A DNA stretch of 64,000 bases from Gemmatimonadales bacterium (GTDB lineage Bacteria; Gemmatimonadota; Gemmatimonadetes; Gemmatimonadales; GWC2-71-9), in contig DATBSO010000043.1 of assembly GCA_036559745.1 (NCBI GenBank), positions 1,833 to 65,832 of the forward strand. The letters run 5' to 3'. A program made the translations under genes and the position numbers. Of the stretch, positions 18,885-27,433 are shown in pieces. The notes under the pieces are model-generated. The model searched no databases and was not told the origin of the DNA. It saw only the letters and a list, made by a program, of their open reading frames with translations. The number at the start of each line of letters is the position of its first letter. The first letter of the stretch is position 1.

Positions 18885-20546
18885 TGGCCGCCTCATCCTT
18901 CGCATGTCGATGAGGATCGCGGCGGGCGTCACCGGGCCGCCGAGAAAGTCGTGCACAACTTCACGGGTGGGCCGCTCGAGTCCGAAGCGGAAGAGGCGCG
19001 ATGCGACCCATCCGTACCAGGTGGAATCGCCCGTGGCAAAGGCGCCGTGCTGCTCAACGGTGCGGGCGCGGATGGCCGCGATGAGGATCGCGCCGGCGGC
19101 GTAGTTCATCATGTAGCCCGGCTCGTCGATCAGCTGTCCGCGCATCGCCCACCACGACACTTCCCGGTGAGGGCGAATGTGCAGGTAGTCGCGCGTGAGA
19201 CCGGCCCAGATCTCGTTCGGGTCGAGCGCCGGGTCTCGGAGAAGGCGCGTCTCGAACAACGCCCACGCGACGTCCATGACGATCGTCGCGTAGCGTCCCC
19301 GTAGTCCCTCCGCGAGCGGGACGGAGTCGCCGAGCCAGCGCTGCTGCCACGCCGGCTCCGCGACATCCAGTGCCACGAAGTCGCCGAGCGCCTCGCTGAA
19401 CGGATCGCTGTTGGGCCAGTCGGCGAACGCGGGGCGGGTGTGGATCGCCGCGATGTGGATCGCGTGCCCGGTCTCGTGGAGCAGCTCGGCGAGGTTGTCG
19501 AGTCCGCCTTCCCGATAGGTCGCGAACACCCATGGTTCCGCCGGACTCCAGCGGCCGTTCTCCAGCCGCGCTCTCCTCCCAAATGTGGTGTACGCCACCG
19601 GCGTCTTGCCCTCGCGTGGGGCGAGATCGAACCGCACGCCGAGAGCCGCCGGATCCGCGCCGAGCGCGGCAAACACCTCGGCGTTGAGGCGCGTGAGCCT
19701 CGACGCTGGAATTCGGGAGCCCAGCGCGCGGCTGGCCTGGCCGGCGGCATGGAACCAGTCCCACGGCTCCACCAACGAGTCATGTGTCGCGTCGCGCCAG
19801 GTCTCGAGGATTCTCGTAAGCCATCGCTCGAGCGAATCGGGCGGAACGCCCGACGCGCGCGCCTGACGTTCGGCGGAGGTCTCCCCCGCCCCGCGGGGGC
19901 GCACCTCGAGGTCGATGAGGCGCCGGTAGGGACTGCCCGGCCCTCCGTCGCCATCCACGCTCCGCCACACCGGCTCAAGCGCGAGGAAGAGACGGCGTCG
20001 TTCCGCCGAATCCGCCGTCTGTCCCATCCTCCCCAGCACCGTCAGCCGATCGAGCGTGTCGCTTCCCGCCACGACGTGATGCTGGGCCCACCCGTAACAG
20101 GCGTAGAGTCGTGCCCGGAGCGAATTGAGCTCAGTTATGGCGGCGGGATCGTACCCGCAGTCCGGCCGGGTCTCCGCCGACGATGCCGATTGCCCACCTC
20201 CGGTCCCCAGTGGACCGATGTCGCGTGCGAGCGTCGCGCGCATCGTCGCGAGGGCGCGAGCATCATCGGGGACGAGCCGGGAGGAATCCACGGCGGCGAG
20301 CCGTGCCACCACGGACGCGCGCAGCTCATCGTGCCGCCGGGCGAGGACATCCAGGGGAACACTGTCCGAGGTCCGGATGAGTCCAGCGGCACCTGTCACG
20401 TCGTACCGGTCACGCAGCTCTCGCAGGTCGGCGTAGGCGGATTCGGCGGCGGCGATGTCCCCGATCGGAGCCGGTCGCGCGGGGGGCGCCGCGGCCGGAG
20501 CGCAGGCGACGAGCACCGCGACACAGGCGATACTACTGTTTCTCAT
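18876..20546 (-). CDS. exported zinc metallopeptidase (HExxH), family unresolved
   Basis: N-terminus MRNSSIACVAVLVACAP is lipoprotein-like, and the zinc motif is LLHETGHAIH. Start at the internal ATG 20546. Confidence 0.6.
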   Translation of the reverse strand: MRNSSIACVAVLVACAPAAAPPARPAPIGDIAAAESAYADLRELRDRYDVTGAAGLIRTSDSVPLDVLARRHDELRASVVARLAAVDSSRLVPDDARALATMRATLARDIGPLGTGGGQSASSAETRPDCGYDPAAITELNSLRARLYACYGWAQHHVVAGSDTLDRLTVLGRMGQTADSAERRRLFLALEPVWRSVDGDGGPGSPYRRLIDLEVRPRGAGETSAERQARASGVPPDSLERWLTRILETWRDATHDSLVEPWDWFHAAGQASRALGSRIPASRLTRLNAEVFAALGADPAALGVRFDLAPREGKTPVAYTTFGRRARLENGRWSPAEPWVFATYREGGLDNLAELLHETGHAIHIAAIHTRPAFADWPNSDPFSEALGDFVALDVAEPAWQQRWLGDSVPLAEGLRGRYATIVMDVAWALFETRLLRDPALDPNEIWAGLTRDYLHIRPHREVSWWAMRGQLIDEPGYMMNYAAGAILIAAIRARTVEQHGAFATGDSTWYGWVASRLFRFGLERPTREVVHDFLGGPVTPAAILIDMRRMRRPSQ

Positions 20547-20650
20547 GCTCCGGCGTATGGAGATCACGCGCCGACTTCTCCTCGAGGCTCCATGGTAGAC
20601 GACGTCGAACCGACAAAGGAGCACCGCGACTCCATGGTGCGGAAGGGCCG

Positions 20651-21853
20651 GTGAGCCGGCGGCCAGGCTGCCTGCTGCTCGTCCTGTCCGGGATGCTGTG
20701 CCTCCTGGCGGTGTGGGTCCTGTTGCCGCCGTTCACCTACCCGGCGCTCGTGCTCGCGGTCGGTGCACCCGAGGTGGGGGTGTGGATCATCCTCGTGAGC
20801 CTCATTATCGTCGGGCTCGCACGGCGGGAGAACGGACGAGCGCGCACCGCCGGACCCACGTGGCTGTTCGCGGCGGCGGCCATCGCCTTCTCGGCGGTCC
20901 CTTTGATTCAATTTCCGTCCACCGCGCGCCGGTTCGATGAAACCATGCGCGCGGTGCTGGGTCCCGGTTATTTCACCGGTCTTCCTGCCGCCACGCGAGC
21001 GCGCATGCGTGCGCGTCCCCTCGATCCTCTCGATCTGTTTGCCGGACTTCGTGCCGGGCCGTCACGCGTGACGCGAGGCATTCCTTTCGCAGTAAACGAC
21101 GGTGTGCGGCTCACGATGGATGTGTATCGTCCCGCCTCGCCGGGCAGTTATCCCGCCGTCGTCCAGGTCTACGGTGGAGCATGGCAGCGAGGAACACCGG
21201 CGGACAACGGGACGTTCGCCTCGTACCTCGCGTCGCACGGGTATGTCGTCTTCGCCATCGACTACCGCCATGCGCCGCGATGGCCGTGGCCGGCACAGCT
21301 CGCCGACGTGCGCGCGGCGCTGAGCTGGATCGGCGAGCACGGGAAGGAGCACGACGCCGACACCGGCCGGTTGGCGATCCTGGGCCGGTCGTCTGGGGCC
21401 CAGATCGCGATGGTGGCGGCGTTCGCGCCGGGCGCGCCGCCGGTCCGCGCCGTCGTGAGCTATTACGGCCCGGTGGATCTGATCGAAGGCTATCGGCGTC
21501 CGCCGCGGCCGGATCCATTGGACGTGCGAATGATCGAAGAAGCGTTCCTGGGCGGGTCTCCCGATGCGGTGAGGGAGCGATATCAGGAGGCATCGCCCAT
21601 TACCTATGTCGTGCGACAGCTTCCGCCGACGCTGCTCATCTATGGCAAGCGCGACCACGTCGTGGAGGCCCGATTTGGCGCCATGCTGCACCGGCGGCTT
21701 CAGGCGACGGGGACTACATCGATCTTTCTCGAGATTCCCTGGGCCGAACACGCGTTCGATGCCGTGAGCGGCGGCCCCAGCGCCCAACTCGCTCTCTTCT
21801 ACACGGAGCGGTTTCTCGCGTGGGCTACCAGTCCCGGGTCTCCCCGACCTTGA
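20651..21853 (+). CDS. membrane-anchored alpha/beta hydrolase (esterase/lipase fold-3 type)
   Basis: GTG start with an upstream GGAAGGG. Three N-terminal TM helices. Also oxyanion-type VYGGAW, nucleophile elbow GRSSGA, and PTLLIYGKRDHVV. Confidence 0.8.
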   Translation: MSRRPGCLLLVLSGMLCLLAVWVLLPPFTYPALVLAVGAPEVGVWIILVSLIIVGLARRENGRARTAGPTWLFAAAAIAFSAVPLIQFPSTARRFDETMRAVLGPGYFTGLPAATRARMRARPLDPLDLFAGLRAGPSRVTRGIPFAVNDGVRLTMDVYRPASPGSYPAVVQVYGGAWQRGTPADNGTFASYLASHGYVVFAIDYRHAPRWPWPAQLADVRAALSWIGEHGKEHDADTGRLAILGRSSGAQIAMVAAFAPGAPPVRAVVSYYGPVDLIEGYRRPPRPDPLDVRMIEEAFLGGSPDAVRERYQEASPITYVVRQLPPTLLIYGKRDHVVEARFGAMLHRRLQATGTTSIFLEIPWAEHAFDAVSGGPSAQLALFYTERFLAWATSPGSPRP

Positions 21854-23117
21854 GGATCCAGGCCCGGTCCGGCCAGAGCCCCAGACGTTCGGCCTCGGCC
21901 TGGAACCGTTGGGGTGGCTCGTCGACCGGCTCGTCCGCGAGATCGAACGTGCCGAAGTGCATGGCCACGAGGCGCCGCGCCCGGGCATCGAGGCCGAGCC
22001 GCACCGCCTCTTCGGGTGTCGTGTGCACGGGGTGCATCATGGCAGCGGGGCGATAGGCGCCGATCGGGACCGTCGCGAGATCGATGGGGCCCAGACGCTC
22101 ACCGATGGTCGCGAAGTCGTCCGAGTAACCCGTGTCGCCCGCGAAATAGAAGCGGCGGCTCGGCCCGCTCACGATCCAGCCTCCCCATCGGCGTCGATTC
22201 CCGTCGAACAGCGACCGGCCGGAGAAATGCCGCGCAGGCACGGCCTGAATCCGCACCCCGTCGCGCTCGAGCGCCTGCCACCAGTCCAGTTCGACCGCCT
22301 CTCCTCCTACCCGATGGACCCACTCGCCGAGGCCCACTGGCACGATGAAGCGAATGCCCCGACGGGCCAGCGCTCTCACGCTCGCCAGATCCGTGTGGTC
22401 GTAGTGATCGTGCGACAGCAGCACGAAGTCCACGGCAGGCAGTGCGTCGAGCGGCACTCCCGGCGGCACCAGGCGAGGCGGACCGGCACAGGCGAGCGGG
22501 CTCGCGCGCTTCGAGAACATCGGGTCGGTGAGAAAGGTCGCCCCGTCCATCCTCACCAGAAATGCCGAATGCCCGATCCACGTGAGGCTGGGACTGCGTG
22601 CCATCGCGGCGGAATCGAAGGGGACCGTTGGCGCGGCTCCCGGACGAGGCGCGAGCGAGACCTTGATGCGGCGGCCGAAGAACCCCAGCGCGCCGAGCAA
22701 CCCCAGGTGTCCGGGCCGCCGATCGTCTGTGGCCGGTGCGGTCTCCCGCCTGGCGCCGACAGTGCGGCGACGCCACCACCACCAGTAGATCGCCGCATTC
22801 AGACCAATGACGAGCGCGCCGAGGGCGAGCTGGATCCCTCGCGTCAGACCCGATGGATAGATCGCGGCGGTGAGATAGTGCTCGATGAAACCGCCTTCGT
22901 ACCCTGCTCCACCTCCCCGCCGCCGCAGATACTGCTCGAGCGGCGTGAGTGGACAGCGGCCCGCGGTGAACTCGATCAGGGCTCCCCACAAGGCGGCTGG
23001 GAGGTGGACGGCGGCGAGCCGCCGCCAGCGGAGCACCAGGAGCCCGCCCAGCGTGACGAACAGGATGAAACACAGATGGAGAACGAGCACCAGATCGGCG
23101 AGCAGGCGATAGGGCAT
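21825..23117 (-). CDS. DUF2784 membrane domain fused to MBL-fold metallo-hydrolase (NAPE-PLD-like)
   Basis: The N-terminal ~115 aa is hydrophobic with a GRCPLTPLEQYLR motif (DUF2784-like). The C-terminal part has LLSHDHYDHTD (HxHxDH-type MBL motif). Confidence 0.7.
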   Translation of the reverse strand: MPYRLLADLVLVLHLCFILFVTLGGLLVLRWRRLAAVHLPAALWGALIEFTAGRCPLTPLEQYLRRRGGGAGYEGGFIEHYLTAAIYPSGLTRGIQLALGALVIGLNAAIYWWWWRRRTVGARRETAPATDDRRPGHLGLLGALGFFGRRIKVSLAPRPGAAPTVPFDSAAMARSPSLTWIGHSAFLVRMDGATFLTDPMFSKRASPLACAGPPRLVPPGVPLDALPAVDFVLLSHDHYDHTDLASVRALARRGIRFIVPVGLGEWVHRVGGEAVELDWWQALERDGVRIQAVPARHFSGRSLFDGNRRRWGGWIVSGPSRRFYFAGDTGYSDDFATIGERLGPIDLATVPIGAYRPAAMMHPVHTTPEEAVRLGLDARARRLVAMHFGTFDLADEPVDEPPQRFQAEAERLGLWPDRAWILKVGETRDW

Positions 23118-23129
23118 GCCCGCAATATG

Positions 23130-24245
23130 TCACGCCTGGCCGCGCACGCCTCTCCATGCCCGCTCGATCAGCACGCGTATGGTGGCCTTCCAGTCTTCGT
23201 CGTCGGGTGACGCCTTCCACGCCGGCGTGGCTGCTCGAATGTCATCGAGGGTGAGTCGCTCCTGAACCTGGTCGAGGGTCTTTCCCTCGAGGGCCATCGC
23301 GGTCGCTCTCGTCGTAGCCGCCTCGAGCAGCGCGCGTACCTGCCTGGTATAGGTGTGATCGTGAAAGACGGGCCCGTGACCGGGGACGAGTGTCGCGAGC
23401 TGCATCGTTTCGATCTTGCGGAGCACATCGATCCACGGAACCGGATTCGAAGCGCCGGTGAAGGGGAACGGGGCCTGCACCAGGATGTCTCCCGCGAAGA
23501 GAATGCGCTCCTCCGGAAGGAACAGGGTCACGTCGTGCGGGCTGTTCGCCCGGCCCCAGTCGTGAAGCACGATGGTCCGGTTGCCCATGCGCAGGATCAG
23601 CTCGTTATCGAATACGAGGTTCGGCTCCACCATCTTGAGCGAGGCGAGCTCCTCGAGCTCGTTCTTCCGCTGCCGCACGTACGTCGCCTTCCTGTTCCGG
23701 TCTTCAGCCGACAGCGCGGTCCCCGCGCTGTCCTTTCCACTCTTCACCTCGGCTTCGAGGGCCGCGAGCGATGCGCGGCGGGCGGACGTGGGTGCGGTGG
23801 ACATCCGGGCCCAGAAGACGGTGTTGAGCGCGATGAAGTCGCGAGTCTGGCGCTCGCTGACGATCGTCACGTCCGGCCACGCTTCGCGGTAGGCAATGCC
23901 GCCATTGTTGTGGTCGAAATGCCAATGGGTATAAGCGAGGTATCGGACCGGCTTGGGGGTCACCGATTTGATGAGGGCGATATCGGCCCGAGCGCGGGAC
24001 GGGAGGTAGGTCGCGTCGAGGACGAAGACGCCGTCGTCCCCCACGATGACGCCGGTATTTCCGTGGGGCCACTCGTCGGTGGCGTTGTCGTGGATGATGA
24101 CGTAGACGCCGGCGGCGATGCGCTCCATGCGGGCGGTGCTGTCCTTGACCTGAGCGTCGGCTGGCGCAGACGAAAACACGAGGGCGAGGGCGAGAGCGGC
24201 CGCACACGGCCGTTCGCCGCCGCGGTGACGGTAGCACAGTTTCAA
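23130..24245 (-). CDS. exported MBL-fold metallo-hydrolase
   Basis: Signal peptide ending ADAQ, plus YTHWHFDHNNGG (HxHxDH). Confidence 0.8.
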   Translation of the reverse strand: MKLCYRHRGGERPCAAALALALVFSSAPADAQVKDSTARMERIAAGVYVIIHDNATDEWPHGNTGVIVGDDGVFVLDATYLPSRARADIALIKSVTPKPVRYLAYTHWHFDHNNGGIAYREAWPDVTIVSERQTRDFIALNTVFWARMSTAPTSARRASLAALEAEVKSGKDSAGTALSAEDRNRKATYVRQRKNELEELASLKMVEPNLVFDNELILRMGNRTIVLHDWGRANSPHDVTLFLPEERILFAGDILVQAPFPFTGASNPVPWIDVLRKIETMQLATLVPGHGPVFHDHTYTRQVRALLEAATTRATAMALEGKTLDQVQERLTLDDIRAATPAWKASPDDEDWKATIRVLIERAWRGVRGQA

Positions 24246-24310
24246 GAGGAGACTCCGTGTGTGGGGCTTCTCTCCCCGTACGGAGTGGGGGCAGCTGGGG
24301 TTCCGGCTCC

Positions 24311-25099
24311 CTAGGGGTGGGGTGCGACCTCGGTGGGCTGCCCTGGTGGAAGCCAGACGAGCCGGTCACCGAGTCCCGCGGCCCTGAATGCCCGGTCGAT
24401 ATCGGCCCGCGACTCCGAGAAGTGTTTCCATCCGGCATAGTGAAGCGGGACGATCCTCGCGCCCTCCAGTGCGTGCGCTGCCTCGACAGCTTCCTCCGCG
24501 GTCATGGTGAGGTTCCACGGTCCCACCGCGTCAACCCGAGCGGCACCCATGAACAGCACGGCGACACCCACGGAGAAGCGCGAGGCCACCTCCGCGATCC
24601 CCTCGTACCACACCGTATCACCCGAGACATACATGGCACGCGGATCGCCCTGGGCCTCGAGAGCAAATCCGATCACCGGGCCGCGATCCATGTGCGCGGG
24701 TCCGTGCCGGGCGGGAGTGCCGGTGACCCGCACCGGTCCTCCGGCGCCTCGGAGCTCGACCGATTGCCACGGAGCGAGCGCCTCAGAACGCCCGTTCAGG
24801 CGCTCGACCGCGGCCGCCGTGGTGAGAACCCGGTCGGCGCTCCCGAGAACCTCACGACCGGCGCGATCCAGATTGTCGAAGTGGTGGTCGTGACTCAGGA
24901 GGACCGCATCAATGTGTCCGAGGTCCGCGGCGGGGATGGCCGGGCCCTCGGTCTTCTCCAGGACATACGTACCGGATCGGATCTCGGCCCCCACGGGATC
25001 GAAAGTCGGATCGGTGAGCAGTCGCAGCCCCGCGACCTCGATGAGCACCGTGGGGCCGCCGATGTACGTGAGACGCAGCGGTGCGCGTGCCGGCGTCAT
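24311..25099 (-). CDS. MBL-fold metallo-hydrolase
   Basis: Start at the internal ATG 25099 (MTPARAPLRLTYIGGPTVLIE), which overlaps the DinB stop as ATGA. MBL-type motif LLSHDHHFDNLD. Confidence 0.75.
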   Translation of the reverse strand: MTPARAPLRLTYIGGPTVLIEVAGLRLLTDPTFDPVGAEIRSGTYVLEKTEGPAIPAADLGHIDAVLLSHDHHFDNLDRAGREVLGSADRVLTTAAAVERLNGRSEALAPWQSVELRGAGGPVRVTGTPARHGPAHMDRGPVIGFALEAQGDPRAMYVSGDTVWYEGIAEVASRFSVGVAVLFMGAARVDAVGPWNLTMTAEEAVEAAHALEGARIVPLHYAGWKHFSESRADIDRAFRAAGLGDRLVWLPPGQPTEVAPHP

Positions 25100-25638
25100 C
25101 CCGATACGGTGGCCCGGATGCGGGACAGCTGGCGAAGGTGTGCCAGATCGTGGCCGGCATGGATGTTTCTCATGAAGCCGAGGCTCTCCTCGCCGCGCTC
25201 GTTGTGGACGCCGACACGACGCAGGTCTGCCTCGGTCAGGCCCGCCCACAGTCGCAGATTGACCCTCCGGATCAGCGCGAATTGCTCGAGCGCGTCGGTG
25301 AACGGTACTTCGCGGTAGCGGAGACGGTCGACCCACACATCCTGATCGTATCCGACCAGCTGCGGCCGGTCCTGGGCCAGGACCATGCGGAGGCGGACGC
25401 CGACCACCATCTCGGCGTCACCCAGGTGCTGGACCACGTCGCGGATCGACCATTTGCCCGGCAGTTCGGGCGTCTCGATCTGCGCTGGAGTGAGGCCGGA
25501 CACGACGACGGAGATCGTGGCCGGCGTGGAGCGAAGCACGTCCAGCGGATCGCGCTTTCCCAGCAGCTCGAGCAGGGCGGCGGTGTAGGCCCCGGCTCCG
25601 GTGACGGCAGAGGTTGCGGTGGCGGAGAGTACGGACAT
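25096..25638 (-). CDS. DinB-superfamily protein
   Basis: WSIRDVVQHLGDAEMV ... HAGHDLAHLRQL is a DinB-like His triad pattern. The start is ambiguous (25644 or 25638); a GAGG sits 7 nt before 25638. Confidence 0.7.
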   Translation of the reverse strand: MSVLSATATSAVTGAGAYTAALLELLGKRDPLDVLRSTPATISVVVSGLTPAQIETPELPGKWSIRDVVQHLGDAEMVVGVRLRMVLAQDRPQLVGYDQDVWVDRLRYREVPFTDALEQFALIRRVNLRLWAGLTEADLRRVGVHNERGEESLGFMRNIHAGHDLAHLRQLSRIRATVSG

Positions 25639-25711
25639 GGACATCCTCGCGAGGGAGATATGACACAACGGTGGAGCCGGAGGGAAAGTTACGCCCTATC
25701 GTCGCCTGGAC

Positions 25712-27433
25712 CTACCGGTCCGGACCGGCGCGGTACACGGTCACACCGCCCAGCAGTGTCCGCAGGACCTTCACGGTGTGAATCTCGTTGACGGGGATCT
25801 CGAAGAGATTCCGATCGAGCACCACGAGATCGGCGAGCTTCCCCACCTCGATGGACCCGGTCTCACGGTCCAGTCGATCGGCGTAGGCCGCGTTGATCGT
25901 GTACATCGCGATCATCGTCGCGAGGTCCACACGCTCCGCCGGATTCCATGGCGCCATCCTGGGACGATCGGGGTCGAGATGCGTCACGCCCATCTCGATC
26001 GCGTCGAGCGGGTTGAGCGACGACACCGACCAGTCGCTCCCTCCCGAGACGACCGCGCCCGTCCGCACCACGCTGGCAATGGGATACAGCCATCGCGATC
26101 GTGCGGGGCCGAGCGCCGGCTCGGTAAGCTTCGTGATGTACTCGTCGCCGTTGGTCCAATACGGCTGGAAGTTGGCCACCACGCCGAGCTGTCCGAACCG
26201 CGGGATATCGGCGGGGTCGATCAGCACGAGGTGCGCGATCGAGTGCCGGCTATCACGAATTCCGTTCGTATGCCGCGCTCGCTCGAACGCATCGAGCGTC
26301 ATCCGGATCGCCCGGTCGCCGATGGCGTGCACGTGGACCTGAAATCCGTCACGGTCGAGATCGGCGACCATGCGGTCGAGCGTCTGGTCGGTGTAGGTGG
26401 GTGTCCCCGCGTCCCCATGACGGTCGAGATAGGGCTTCAGCAGGGCGGCGGTGCCGCTTTCGATGGCCCCGTCGGCGTACAGTTTGACGGCGCTCGGCCG
26501 GACGTGGTTGGAGGCGAATCGCGTCCGCCATTCGCGCAGGCGCGGCAGCAGACTGGCGCTCACGGTATCGCCGCCGATGTCCATCGCCGCGACGACGCGG
26601 ACCGTCAACGTGCCGGCTCTGTCCGCCCGGGCATAGGTCTCGAGATCGGTGAGCCTCTCGTCGGCCGCGAACATGCTGGTGATGCCGAACGCGTTGGCCT
26701 GCTGCACGGCGCTCAGGAGACCCGCCGAGTACTCGGCGGCGGTGTGCTCGGGTACGCTGTCCGCGACCAGGGCGATCGCGTCTTCCCTCAGCGTGCCGCT
26801 CGCCTCTCCGGTCCGGGGGTCACGCTCGATGCGGCCGTTCGGCGGATCCGGTGTGTCGCGGGTAATGCCCGCAAGCGCGAGTGCCCGTGAATTCACCCAC
26901 GCGGAGTGACCGTCGGCCGCGTAGATGAAGGCGGGACGGTCGGGGACCGCGCGATCGAGCAGCGTTTTCGAGGGATTGCCGTTCGGGAACAGCGGCAGCT
27001 CCCAGCCGGCGCCGCGGACCCAGGGAAGATCGGGGTGCGCCGCGGCATATGCGGCGACCGTATCGACGACAGCCTGTGCCGTCGCGGCGCCGTACAGCCG
27101 GACATCGAAAATCTCGACGCCGCTGATGACGGGATGGACGTGCGCGTCCTGGAAGCCCGGCAGGAGCATGGCACCGCGAAGATCGATGACCTCGGTGGCC
27201 GGTCCGATCAGATCTGCGGGAGGGCTCTCCATGCCGACGTACACGATCCGGCCCTTCCGCACGGCAACCGTTCGCGCCCAGCTCCGGGCGGCGTCCACCG
27301 TGTATACGGTGCCTCCCCGAAGCACCAGATCGGCAGGCCCCTCACGGTTGTCGACACCGCCCGGGGAGCGTGAGCACGCGGTGACCCCCACGACACCCGC
27401 GAAAGCGGCCCAAAGCGCCGCACGAGCTACCAC
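25712..27433 (-). CDS. amidohydrolase-family (amidohydrolase_3 type) lipoprotein
   Basis: GTG at 27433 gives (M)VARAALWAAFAGVVGVTAC (lipobox). Motifs LPGFQDAHVHP, HVHAIGDRA and GSDWSV are present. The longer track ORF would run through the GGT gene. Confidence 0.8.
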   Translation of the reverse strand: MVARAALWAAFAGVVGVTACSRSPGGVDNREGPADLVLRGGTVYTVDAARSWARTVAVRKGRIVYVGMESPPADLIGPATEVIDLRGAMLLPGFQDAHVHPVISGVEIFDVRLYGAATAQAVVDTVAAYAAAHPDLPWVRGAGWELPLFPNGNPSKTLLDRAVPDRPAFIYAADGHSAWVNSRALALAGITRDTPDPPNGRIERDPRTGEASGTLREDAIALVADSVPEHTAAEYSAGLLSAVQQANAFGITSMFAADERLTDLETYARADRAGTLTVRVVAAMDIGGDTVSASLLPRLREWRTRFASNHVRPSAVKLYADGAIESGTAALLKPYLDRHGDAGTPTYTDQTLDRMVADLDRDGFQVHVHAIGDRAIRMTLDAFERARHTNGIRDSRHSIAHLVLIDPADIPRFGQLGVVANFQPYWTNGDEYITKLTEPALGPARSRWLYPIASVVRTGAVVSGGSDWSVSSLNPLDAIEMGVTHLDPDRPRMAPWNPAERVDLATMIAMYTINAAYADRLDRETGSIEVGKLADLVVLDRNLFEIPVNEIHTVKVLRTLLGGVTVYRAGPDR

